DNA of 64,000 nucleotides from an uncultured Christensenella sp. (GCA_948468595.1 CAOKIU010000001.1:28811-92810), one strand, 5' to 3'; shown: positions 39,247 to 47,198, numbered from the stretch's first letter. Translations and numbers: made by a program. Notes: a model not told the origin generated them from the sequence alone.

Positions 39247-39756
39247 ATGACGCGCATGCGCATCTTTTGGTCGATTTATTGCATTGTGGTGGGACTCATT
39301 CTGCTTGTCAAGATCCTGTTTCGCCTGGACTTTTCCGGTTGGGCGGTCGCCTTTGCGATTCTGCTGCTGGAAAGCGGCGTCTTTTTGCTCACCGGCGGTT
39401 TTGGCATGAATCGGACGCAGTACGCCTCGGGCGGGGGCGATTACGTCTTTTTCAACGGCAGCATCGCGGTAGGCGCGCAGTCGCCTGCCCTAAACCTGAT
39501 CTTCGGCAACGCCACGGTGGATCTCACGCCGCCGCCCGCGCCTGTGACCCGCATCACCTGCCTGTTCGGCAACGCCACCGTGCGCCTGCCGCAGGGCTAC
39601 GCCGTGCGCACGGTATGCACCTGCGCCTTCGGAGCCGTTTCCACGCCCAAGGGCAGCGTACCCGGCTTTGGCGACAAGGTCTATGTCCTGGGCGACGGCC
39701 TGCAAACGCAGATGGAGGTCAAATGCGTCTTTGGTCAGGTGACCATTTTGGATTGA
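39247..39756 (+). CDS. Membrane protein with LiaF-like (DUF2154) C-terminal domain
   Basis: Two N-terminal TM segments and the repeated motifs FGNATVDL, LFGNATVRLP, CVFGQVTI. Confidence 0.55.
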   Translation: MTRMRIFWSIYCIVVGLILLVKILFRLDFSGWAVAFAILLLESGVFLLTGGFGMNRTQYASGGGDYVFFNGSIAVGAQSPALNLIFGNATVDLTPPPAPVTRITCLFGNATVRLPQGYAVRTVCTCAFGAVSTPKGSVPGFGDKVYVLGDGLQTQMEVKCVFGQVTILD

Positions 39757-39772
39757 GCGCTTCGCTGTGGCG

Positions 39773-39803
39773 GGGAATGTCCGTAAGGACATTCCCTTTT
39801 TTT
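39773..39803 (+). terminator. Rho-independent terminator
   Basis: GGGAATGTCC-gtaa-GGACATTCCC followed by TTTTTTT. Confidence 0.85.
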
Positions 39804-39814
39804 GCATCCGCCAC

Positions 39815-40615
39815 CTAAAACCCGAGCTGGTGCAGGAACTTTGCGAGCAGGGCGCTCCAGGTGCCCGCGCCGGGCGCATCCTTCTCGTCGCCCAGACCGA
39901 TGCCGTGCCGGCCAAAGGGGTAGACGTGCAGGGACACCGGCACGTTCTGATCCGCGCACTTCTGCGCAAAGTCGATGCTGGCTTCCACCGGCACCACGGC
40001 GTCGGCGGCCGTATGCCACAAAAAGCAGGGCGGCGTGTCCTTGGCAATCTGGTATTCCGGGCTGAGGGCGCGCGCCTCCTCCACGCTCAGCTCGCGCTTG
40101 CCGGTCATGCACTGGTTGAAATCGGCGTAGCGCAGCATGTTGACGTTGAGCGCGCCATAGCAGGGGGCAAAGGCGTCGGGCCGGCAGGACTCCCGCTCCA
40201 CCGGGTCCGCGCTCTGGGGATTGCCCGCGTCAAAGTGCGTGCCGCACATGCCCGCCAAGTGCCCGCCCGCGGAAAAGCCCATGATGGCGATTTTGTCCTT
40301 GGGGATGCCCCAGCTTTCCGCGCGGCTGCGCACCAAGCGAATGGCGCGCTGCGCGTCCATAAAGGTCGCCGGGAAGTGATAGGGGGCCACGCGGTAGTCC
40401 AGCACAAAGGCGTTGAGGCCCAGTTCGTTGAGCCTGAGGGCGATGGGGTCCTTTTCATGGTCGGCCTTGATCGCATACCCGCCGCCCGGGCAGACGATCA
40501 CCGCGCCATGGGGCTTATCATCGCCCAGCAAAAAGGGCTTGATGCTCGGCCGCTGCTGGCCGATGCTCTCATCAAACGCCGGGGTTTCCTCTTCCCAAAG
40601 CAAAATGTTTTCCAT
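39815..40615 (-). CDS. Alpha/beta hydrolase (acetyl esterase/lipase type), paralog 1
   Basis: Contains VIVCPGGGY, the nucleophile elbow GFSAGGH and a C-terminal H. 266 aa. Confidence 0.8.
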   Translation of the reverse strand: MENILLWEEETPAFDESIGQQRPSIKPFLLGDDKPHGAVIVCPGGGYAIKADHEKDPIALRLNELGLNAFVLDYRVAPYHFPATFMDAQRAIRLVRSRAESWGIPKDKIAIMGFSAGGHLAGMCGTHFDAGNPQSADPVERESCRPDAFAPCYGALNVNMLRYADFNQCMTGKRELSVEEARALSPEYQIAKDTPPCFLWHTAADAVVPVEASIDFAQKCADQNVPVSLHVYPFGRHGIGLGDEKDAPGAGTWSALLAKFLHQLGF

Positions 40616-40627
40616 GCTCGCACCCTC

Positions 40628-41419
40628 CTAAAATCCCAAGCTCTTGAGAAAATCGCCCAGCAGCGCAGGCCAGTCCTCCGCAAGGGGCGAGTCCTCCCGG
40701 CCCAGCCCCACGCCGTGCGGGCCGAAGGGGAAGACGTGCAGCGAGACGGGCACGTTGTGCCCCGCCAGCGCCTTGGCCAACCGCAGGCTGTTTTCCACCG
40801 GCACCGCGCCATCCTCGGCCGTATGCCACAAAAAGCAGGGCGGGGTATCCTTGGTCACCTGGTATTCCGCCGTCAGCGCCCGCCTCAGCCGGATATCCGG
40901 CTGCTCCCCCATCAGGCTCATGACAGAGCCCTCGTGCCAATAGAGGTGCATCGAGGCCACCGGGTAGCAGGGCACAAACGCATCGGGCCGGCTGCTCTCC
41001 CGCTCAATGGGGTCCGGCGCGGCGGGATTGCCCTCGTCATACAGCGTCGCCGCCGAGCAGACCAGGTGGCCGCCCGCGGAAAAGCCGAGAATGGCAATCT
41101 TATCCTTATAAACGCCAAACCGGTTGGAAAAGTGGCGCACAAAGCGAATGGCGCGCTGCGCGTCCATCAGCGGCACGGGGTGGCGGTAGGGGGCCACGCG
41201 GTAATCCAGCACAAAGGCGTGGTAGCCCAGCTCGTTCATGCGCCGCGCGATGGGCGCGGCCTCGTGCTCGGCCTTCATCGTGTACCCGCCACCCGGGCAG
41301 ACGATCACCGCGCCGTGCATCGCGCCATCGGCGAGCAAAAACGGTTGGAGCGTCGGCTCCGGCTGCCCCACAGCGGGATCATACAGCGGCGTTTTGTCCC
41401 ATAGCTTCAACGGTTCCAT
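40628..41419 (-). CDS. Alpha/beta hydrolase (acetyl esterase/lipase type), paralog 2
   Basis: Colinear with paralog 1 over its full length (VIVCPGGGY, VLDYRVAPY, DAQRAIRFVR, GFSAGGH). Confidence 0.8.
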   Translation of the reverse strand: MEPLKLWDKTPLYDPAVGQPEPTLQPFLLADGAMHGAVIVCPGGGYTMKAEHEAAPIARRMNELGYHAFVLDYRVAPYRHPVPLMDAQRAIRFVRHFSNRFGVYKDKIAILGFSAGGHLVCSAATLYDEGNPAAPDPIERESSRPDAFVPCYPVASMHLYWHEGSVMSLMGEQPDIRLRRALTAEYQVTKDTPPCFLWHTAEDGAVPVENSLRLAKALAGHNVPVSLHVFPFGPHGVGLGREDSPLAEDWPALLGDFLKSLGF

Positions 41420-41491
41420 ATTTGCGCCCTCCTTCGTCCTTCTCTCTTGGGCTCCGGCCGCAAACCGGACTGCCCGCTCGTCCTTCCAAGG

Positions 41492-42310
41492 TCATAGATA
41501 GGGAATCATATCGCCCAGTTGATTAAAGATGAGATCCGGCTCGATGCCATAGCGGTCGATATCCGCAAGTCCGCTCTCCCCCGAAAGCACCAGGATGGAG
41601 CACAGGCCGTGGTTGACCCCGGTTGCAACATCGGTATAGAGGCGGTCGCCCGCCATGGCCAGGCTCTCCCTGCCAAGGCCGGTGCGCTCCTGCGCGGCGC
41701 GCACAATCTCCGGGTGCGGCTTGCCGATGACCACATCGGCCTTCCTGCCGCAGGAGGCTTCGATAAAGGCCATGATCGCACCGATGTCCGGCACGAATCC
41801 GCTTTCCGTGGGGCAGTTAAAGTCGGGATGCGTGGCGACGTAGGGCAGCCCCGCGCGCACCAGGTCGCATACCTTGCACATCTTGGCGTAGTCAAGCGTG
41901 GTGTCAAATCCCGCCAGCACCATCTCCGGTTGCTCATCATCCAGGGGAACGCCGAGGCGCAGCATCTCCTCCCGCAGGGATGGATTGCCCAGCAAAAACA
42001 CGCGCTTGCCGGGGTGCTCGCGCAGGAGGTAGTGCGCCGCGGCCTGTCCGGAGGTGAGAATGTCCTCCGGGTCCGCCTCTACCCCCAGGCGGCGCAGCTT
42101 GAGCACGTAGTGCTCTACCGACCGCGAGGAGTTGTTGGTCAAAAACAGGGCGCGGCGTCCGGTGCGCCTGACCGCCTCAAGAAAGTCCAGCGACCCTTCA
42201 ATGAGCCGGTCGCCCAGGTAAAACGTGCCGTCCATATCCAGCAAAAAGCAGCGGACCGGCCGCAGTTTTTCGCGTATCTGCTCAAACGTCAGGTCATGCA
42301 AGCATCTCAT
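41492..42310 (-). CDS. HAD-IIA family phosphatase (NagD/AraL-like)
   Basis: Contains FLLDMDGTFY, LTNNSSRS and GDRLYTDV. Start at 42310, overlapping the upstream gene by 17 nt. The 388-aa ORF in the track is an over-extension. Confidence 0.8.
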   Translation of the reverse strand: MRCLHDLTFEQIREKLRPVRCFLLDMDGTFYLGDRLIEGSLDFLEAVRRTGRRALFLTNNSSRSVEHYVLKLRRLGVEADPEDILTSGQAAAHYLLREHPGKRVFLLGNPSLREEMLRLGVPLDDEQPEMVLAGFDTTLDYAKMCKVCDLVRAGLPYVATHPDFNCPTESGFVPDIGAIMAFIEASCGRKADVVIGKPHPEIVRAAQERTGLGRESLAMAGDRLYTDVATGVNHGLCSILVLSGESGLADIDRYGIEPDLIFNQLGDMIPYL

Positions 42311-43604
42311 CGACAATCTCCTCCAACACGCCCAGGTCAAAGGCCAGCTTGAGCAGGGTAAAGCGCGGCCGCAGCAGCCACGCGCACAAAAGCGCGTCGC
42401 GCACGTCCTCCGGCCGGACGCCGACCTGGTCCGGATGCACGGGGCCGCCGCTTTCCGCCAGCATCCTAAGCATCTCCTCGCGGCTTTCCCAAAGCGCGTC
42501 CGCTTGGGACTTGAGCTCGGTCCAATGCGCCAAAAGGCGGTCATACTGCTCCTGGGTGCTGGTGGCCTCCTCGCGGTCCAGGGGATTGCGCGCCAAAAAG
42601 CCGTCCGCCAAATCGCCATAGGCCGCCCGCATGCGCCGCTCCCACGCCTGCCGGTCAACGGGTTTTAGGGGGCGCTTCTTCGCAAAGAAGCGGTGTGCGA
42701 ACTCCACAATGAGCAGGGTGGCCACGCCCACCTTGTCGCCGTGGAGGCTGGCGCCCTGGCCCCTTTGCAGCTGCCGCATCTCCCAGAAATGGGAGAGGTG
42801 GTGTTCACATCCGGAGGCGGGGCGCGAGTTACCCATCATCTGCATGGCCAGGCCGGAGAGCGTCAGCCCCCGCGTCAGTTCCGTGACGGCTTCCGGCGTG
42901 CGCGCCGCCAGGCCCGCGGCGTTCTGCCGGCAGATTTCCACGGCCTGACGCATCAAGCCGGCGATGCGCTGGCAAAACGGCTCGCCCGTCAAGAGCGAGG
43001 AGAGCTTCCAATCCATCAGCGCGGTGTATTTGCCCAGCATGTCGCCAAGGCCCGCGGCCACCATGGCGCGCGGCGCGGCGCACAAAACGCGGGGCGAAGC
43101 GAGCACAGCCTCGGGATGAACGGCTTCATAGGTGATCTTCATGCCCTCCTCCAGCACAGGGGAAACGGAGGAGGCGTATCCATCCATGGACGGCGCGGTG
43201 CCCACCACCAAATAGGGCGTCTTGACGCGATGGGCGACGAAGCGCGTCGTATCATTGACGGTGCCCGAGCCCACCGCCACCAGAAGCTTGGTGCGCTCGC
43301 TCACGCCCAGCAGCACCTTGCCGATGCTCTCCGCGTCGGCGTGCAGTTCGCGCCCGCGCAGCAGCACGGTCTTGACGGGAAACTCCTGCCCAAGCGCGCG
43401 CTCCGCATCGCGCCCGGCGGCCTCGAAGGTGCGCTCGTCCGCAACCAAGGTCACGCCTCCCGCGCCCAGCTCCCGCGCAAGAGCGGTCAAGCGCGCGGTC
43501 CAATCCTCCCCGATGTAGATCTCGCGCGTGCGCATCGCGTGCGTAGCGCCGCAGGGGCACGCCCCCTGCGCGGCCCTGGCCAGGTCCAGCAAGTCATCCG
43601 CCAT
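42294..43604 (-). CDS. Iron-containing alcohol dehydrogenase family, sn-glycerol-1-phosphate dehydrogenase (AraM/EgsA)-like
   Basis: Contains VAVGSGTVNDTTRF and TAPSMDGYAS plus His-rich metal ligands (CEHHLSHFWE). Start at 43604 with AGGAGGA upstream. Confidence 0.65.
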   Translation of the reverse strand: MADDLLDLARAAQGACPCGATHAMRTREIYIGEDWTARLTALARELGAGGVTLVADERTFEAAGRDAERALGQEFPVKTVLLRGRELHADAESIGKVLLGVSERTKLLVAVGSGTVNDTTRFVAHRVKTPYLVVGTAPSMDGYASSVSPVLEEGMKITYEAVHPEAVLASPRVLCAAPRAMVAAGLGDMLGKYTALMDWKLSSLLTGEPFCQRIAGLMRQAVEICRQNAAGLAARTPEAVTELTRGLTLSGLAMQMMGNSRPASGCEHHLSHFWEMRQLQRGQGASLHGDKVGVATLLIVEFAHRFFAKKRPLKPVDRQAWERRMRAAYGDLADGFLARNPLDREEATSTQEQYDRLLAHWTELKSQADALWESREEMLRMLAESGGPVHPDQVGVRPEDVRDALLCAWLLRPRFTLLKLAFDLGVLEEIVDEMLA

Positions 43605-43657
43605 GGACTCTTTCCTCCTGCCATTGTTTTCCTCCATTATAACACCTTTTGTTCGAT

Positions 43658-43738
43658 AAAAAAAGGACGGCCTTGCCGCAAGACCGCCCCTTTTTTAAGC
43701 GCATGACAAAAGGCCGCCGAAAAACTTCGGCAGCCTTT
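43658..43738. terminator. Two consecutive stem-loop terminators
   Basis: An A-run, GGACGGCCTTGC...AAGACCGCCCC and a T-run (43658-43696), then AAAGGCCGCCGAA...TTCGGCAGCCTTT (43708-43738). On the minus strand both follow the N/Q micro-ORF and precede the G1P-dehydrogenase promoter (TGtTATAAT at 43636-43644). Confidence 0.7.
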
Positions 43739-43888
43739 GGACGGCTCTGATCAGAGATCGTCCACATCCTGGACCGGGATTTCGTTTTTGATGGGAAGTC
43801 CCGTCCAAGATCCCAGCGGGTCAGTGGCGCTCGGCTCTAAGCCAATGGCCGATAAGCCCGCCGCCGTCGGTGCGGGAAAAGCTTCCCT

Positions 43889-44038
43889 TCAGTCCTCGTA
43901 GGGATTCTTCTGGTTGTTGTTCTGGTTGTTGTTGTTCTGATTCTGGTTGTTGTTCTGATTCTGGTTGTTGTTCTTGTTCTGGTTGTTGTTCTGGTTGTTG
44001 TTCTTGTTCTGGTTCTGATTCTTGTTGTTGTTCTGCAT
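43889..44038 (-). CDS. 49-aa Asn/Gln-rich microprotein (candidate small spore protein)
   Basis: Hand translation of the minus strand gives MQNNNKNQNQNKNNNQNNNQNKNNNQNQNNNQNQNNNNQNNNQKNPYED, then TGA. GAGGTGAT lies 5 nt upstream of the ATG. A sigma-G-like promoter lies upstream and terminators lie downstream. It is absent from the ORF track because it is under 60 aa. Confidence 0.55.
   Translation of the reverse strand: MQNNNKNQNQNKNNNQNNNQNKNNNQNQNNNQNQNNNNQNNNQKNPYED
43905..44030 (-). repeat. Imperfect tandem codon repeat (AAC/CAG/AAG units; GTTGTTGTTCTG-type periodicity on the plus strand)
   Basis: Read directly: repeated ggttgttgttct(g/t) units fill the body of the micro-ORF. Confidence 0.9.
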
Positions 44039-44055
44039 TTCAATCACCTCGCCAC

Positions 44056-44084
44056 TATTATGTCCGGCTCAGGGATTGCTATGC
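44056..44084 (-). promoter_or_regulatory. Forespore sigma-G/F-like promoter upstream of the N/Q micro-ORF
   Basis: On the minus strand: GCATA, 17-nt spacer, CATAATA. This matches the published sigma-G consensus (GHATR, 17-18 nt, CATXHTA). Caveat: only 17 nt separate the -10 box from the ATG, so the leader would be very short. Confidence 0.4.
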
Positions 44085-44092
44085 GGATTTTT

Positions 44093-45163
44093 TTACGGCT
44101 GAAGCGGTTCGTCATCTCTTTCCTCGCCACCGGCGGCAGTGGACGGCGAGGCGGGCGGCGCCGTGGCGGTAGGCGCTGCGGTGACATCCGGCTGCGTCAA
44201 GGCCGCGTCCGGCGTGTTGCCGGCCTCCGGTTGCGCGGGGTCAACCGGAGATTGCGCGCCGGGCTCTCCCAGCGGCGCCTGCACATACAGGACGTTGCGG
44301 TCGCCATCTAAAAAGACGATGGGCTTTCCCTTTTCCAGGTCCGCGCGGCGGCACAGCACGGCGGCAGGCAAGGCATCCTGCCCTGCCATCGCCTCGCCAA
44401 AGGCGACGCGAACCAGGATATAATAATCGTTTTCGACGATTTCGGAAATACTGACCTGCCGGGTTTCGCCGCTCTGCGGCGCGGCCACGACGAGCGCTTG
44501 GTCTTGCGCAAGCTCCGGCCGGCGCTCACTGCCCAAGGCGTAATACAGCGCACTGGCATGCTCGCCCGCATAGGCGGAGGGCGCAAAATCAATCGGCGTG
44601 CCCACCAGGTCGAACAGCGTGGTATCCAGCGCGGCCCGGAGTTGGGCGTCATCGGGCGGGAAGTCCTCCGTTTGGTCGTCCGGCGCAGGGGGCGTATTCT
44701 GCGTGTTCAGCCCCTGCTGCCAGGTGGCCAGGAGCTGGGAAAGCCCGGCGGGGCGGAGGCTCAGATACACGCGCACCGCCTGATCCTTGACCTTGCGATT
44801 GATGGGTACGTTGAGGATATTCTGATACTCGTCATAGAGCAGGGACATGGTGCCCAAGGACGTGGTCAGATAGATCTCGTGCGAGGCGTTAAGCTCCGGC
44901 GAGTAGTTTTCCGGGATCTCCACCGTGACGGGCGCTGCCGCGTAAACCTCGTCAAGGAGCGCGGCGCAGTCCGCATCCGCGACCGCGTGGCTAATCCTGG
45001 GAATGTTCTGGCCCACGCCGACGCTGAGAAAATCGACGGAGGCTTGGGTGACGTTTTCCCGCGGGAGAAGGGACTGCACGTCCATCGTCTCGCTCTTGCA
45101 GCCGGGCAGCACCATAAGGAGCGCCGCCAACAGAATCGCTATGATAAAGGATCTTTTTTTCAT
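44093..45163 (-). CDS. Hypothetical lipoprotein with Pro/Ala/Thr-rich C-terminal tail
   Basis: MKKRSFIIAILLAALLMVLPGC lipobox. Start at 45163. I recognise no family. Confidence 0.65.
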   Translation of the reverse strand: MKKRSFIIAILLAALLMVLPGCKSETMDVQSLLPRENVTQASVDFLSVGVGQNIPRISHAVADADCAALLDEVYAAAPVTVEIPENYSPELNASHEIYLTTSLGTMSLLYDEYQNILNVPINRKVKDQAVRVYLSLRPAGLSQLLATWQQGLNTQNTPPAPDDQTEDFPPDDAQLRAALDTTLFDLVGTPIDFAPSAYAGEHASALYYALGSERRPELAQDQALVVAAPQSGETRQVSISEIVENDYYILVRVAFGEAMAGQDALPAAVLCRRADLEKGKPIVFLDGDRNVLYVQAPLGEPGAQSPVDPAQPEAGNTPDAALTQPDVTAAPTATAPPASPSTAAGGEERDDEPLQP

Positions 45164-45287
45164 TATTTCCCGTCCTTCGCGCCGCATGCGCCGCAATGTT
45201 TTCTAATCCATCCTATTATACATGCTGGCGCGGCTTTTTGCAACGGCAGCCGCGCGCGGCGCCGGATAAAAATATTGTTCGGCCAAG

Positions 45288-45317
45288 GTATGCCTTTTGC
45301 CTGTATGGAGCACAATA
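45288..45317 (+). promoter_or_regulatory. Possible sigma-G-like promoter of the YhcN/YlaJ gene
   Basis: GTATG, 18-nt spacer, CACAATA. There is one mismatch in the -10 box. Confidence 0.3.
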
Positions 45318-45340
45318 AAGCCCGAAGGAGGCGAAAACCT

Positions 45341-45913
45341 TTGAAACAGAAGATCAAATTCATGTTGCTGACGACCCTTGTGGTGGTCGCGCTGACGGGC
45401 TGCGCCTGCAACGGACCGAGCACGTCGCCCACGCCCAAGCCGAGCGCGGTGACCACCACGCCCATCCCCACGCAGAGCCAGAGCGCCGAGCCGTCCCCCA
45501 TGGACAGCCCCATGGCCAGCCCTGACACCTCCGTTTCCCCCACGGAATCCGGAACCGACATGATGGCGGTGGATACCGAAGGGCTGAAGATGGAAGTGGA
45601 GAAGCTGAGCGAAGTGGACACCGTTGACGTTGTCGCGCAGGGGAACAAGGCCATCATCGGCCTGACCTTTGACGCGCAGTACCAGGGCACGCTGACCGAC
45701 CGCATCGAAGAGATGGTCAATGAGAAGATCACCGCCAAGGAGGCGGGCATCACCAACGTCGCCGTGACCGCCGACCCCACGCTGTGCACCGAGGTCAAGA
45801 CGCTTGCGGAGGAGACCCGCGGCAAGAACATGACTGAGGAACAGAAGAAGAAGTTCGACGAGCTGTATGCCAAGATCAAGCCCGCGGGCACGGAGTCGTC
45901 CGCGGCGGCATAG
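45341..45913 (+). CDS. YhcN/YlaJ family sporulation lipoprotein
   Basis: Lipobox VVALTGC, a Pro/Ser/Thr linker, then the family core (VEKLSEVDTVDVVAQGNKAIIGLTF...ITNVAVTADP). I prefer the TTG start at 45341 because AGGAGG lies 9 nt upstream. ATG alternatives exist at 45305 and 45359. The 471-aa ORF in the track is an artefactual extension. Confidence 0.7.
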   Translation: MKQKIKFMLLTTLVVVALTGCACNGPSTSPTPKPSAVTTTPIPTQSQSAEPSPMDSPMASPDTSVSPTESGTDMMAVDTEGLKMEVEKLSEVDTVDVVAQGNKAIIGLTFDAQYQGTLTDRIEEMVNEKITAKEAGITNVAVTADPTLCTEVKTLAEETRGKNMTEEQKKKFDELYAKIKPAGTESSAAA

Positions 45914-46024
45914 CGAAAAAACCTCCCGAGCCATGGGCGTTTGCCCCGCGGCGCTGGAGGTTTTTTTTGCCCTTCTCTCCCCGCCCTTTCATTTGTGAAT
46001 TTATTGTATTGTTCGCCCGTTTGA

Positions 46025-46053
46025 TTGACTGGAAAAGATTTGCGCTCTATAAT
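46025..46053 (+). promoter_or_regulatory. Sigma-A promoter of lgt
   Basis: TTGACT, 17-nt spacer, TATAAT. Confidence 0.65.
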
Positions 46054-46109
46054 GATCTTGCACCTCTGCTTGGCAGGGGAAGTAGAAGCAAAAATACAAG
46101 GAGGAAGCC

Positions 46110-47198
46110 ATGTTCTGTCCAAATCCGGTTGCGTTTACCGTTTTCGGCCGCGACATTTACTGGTACGGCATATTGATATCCCTCTCGGTTGTCCTTGCGG
46201 TAATCATGGTCTATCAGGAGGCCCGGCGCAAGGGGCTTGACGCGGACTGCATGCTGGACTATGCGCTGCTCACCGTGCCGGTGGCCATTGTCTTTGCGCG
46301 CATATACTATGTCGTCTTTGAATGGGAGCAATATGCGGCGGACCCTGTGCGCGCCCTCTACATCTGGGAGGGCGGCATCGCCATTTACGGGGCCATCATC
46401 GGCGGCGTCTTGGCCACGCTGATCTTTTCCAAGTGGAAGAAAATCTCCTTTTGGACCCTGGCCGACCTCGTCGCCCCCGGCTTGGTGCTGGGGCAGGCCA
46501 TCGGCCGCTGGGGCAACTTCTTCAACCAGGAAGCCTTTGGCGAGCTCGTGGTCAACCCCAAGTGGCAGTTCTTTCCCTATGCCGTCTACATCGAGCGGCT
46601 GGGGGAATGGCACATGGCGACCTTTTTCTATGAGTCCGCGGTCTGTTTCCTCATCTTCATTTTCCTGCTCATCTATCGCCGCAAGGCGAAAAACGCCCCT
46701 GCCGGCAACGTATTCCTGTGGTACTGGGTGCTCTACGGCATCGAGCGCGCTTTTGTCGAGGGCCTGCGCACCGATAGCCTTTGGATGCTCAAGGGCGGCG
46801 TGCCCATCGGAAACCTGATCTTCTTCCCCAACGGCCTGCGCGTATCTCAAGTGCTGTCCATCATCATGGTTGTCGCCTTCTCCATCGTGCTCATCGCACG
46901 CTATGCAAAGCGCCGCAAGGGCGCCAAGGCGGAGGCAGAGGCGGCGCTCGATCCCGGGCTGGTGCTGGTGCGGCACGACGCGGACCCCGCGCTTGAGAGC
47001 GAAAGCCCGGATGACGATTCCGAGCACAGCCAGCCCAACCGCGACGGCGATGCCGACGCGGCCGCCATGCTGCTGGGCGCTGAAATGGTCGGCCGCATCG
47101 CGGACGAAGCCACCGACGCGCAGGACGACGGCGAAGAGGCGGACGGCGGCGATGCCGCGGACGGAACTGAAGAGACGAACGGCGACGATGAGAACTAA
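46110..47198 (+). CDS. lgt: Prolipoprotein diacylglyceryl transferase with a ~90-aa acidic C-terminal extension
   Basis: Contains YWYGILISLSVV, YIWEGGIAIYGAIIGG and GQAIGRWGNFFNQEAFG. The tail is rich in D/E/A/G. Confidence 0.9.
   Translation: MFCPNPVAFTVFGRDIYWYGILISLSVVLAVIMVYQEARRKGLDADCMLDYALLTVPVAIVFARIYYVVFEWEQYAADPVRALYIWEGGIAIYGAIIGGVLATLIFSKWKKISFWTLADLVAPGLVLGQAIGRWGNFFNQEAFGELVVNPKWQFFPYAVYIERLGEWHMATFFYESAVCFLIFIFLLIYRRKAKNAPAGNVFLWYWVLYGIERAFVEGLRTDSLWMLKGGVPIGNLIFFPNGLRVSQVLSIIMVVAFSIVLIARYAKRRKGAKAEAEAALDPGLVLVRHDADPALESESPDDDSEHSQPNRDGDADAAAMLLGAEMVGRIADEATDAQDDGEEADGGDAADGTEETNGDDEN

Noticed and set aside
42311-42658. N-terminal extension of the HAD phosphatase ORF (388 aa in the track). 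Similar over-extensions occur at 1526-1708, 18105-18149, 22356-22457, 38218-38262 and 55486-55656
   Set aside because: The extensions overlap upstream genes, are Arg/Pro/Ala-rich, and are followed by an internal ATG with a good RBS and a canonical family N-terminus.
43740-43889. Asn/Gln-codon leader-peptide attenuator controlling the downstream G1P-dehydrogenase operon
   Set aside because: The micro-ORF is followed by two terminators and then a separate extended -10 promoter. The downstream genes have no link to Asn/Gln metabolism, and I could not draw an alternative antiterminator pairing.
43837-44043. 68-aa Thr/Arg-rich ORF (MKCRTTTRIRTRTRTTTR...) reported by the ORF track over the codon repeat
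   Set aside because: It is the same strand but a different frame from the N/Q ORF. It has no RBS before its ATG, whereas the N/Q frame starts 5 nt after GAGGTGAT. I treat the Thr/Arg frame as an artefact.
44498-45340. N-terminal ~280 codons of the 471-aa ORF 44498-45913
   Set aside because: This part is antisense to the 44093-45163 lipoprotein gene. The real gene is the YhcN/YlaJ lipoprotein, which starts near 45341 with its own RBS and signal peptide.
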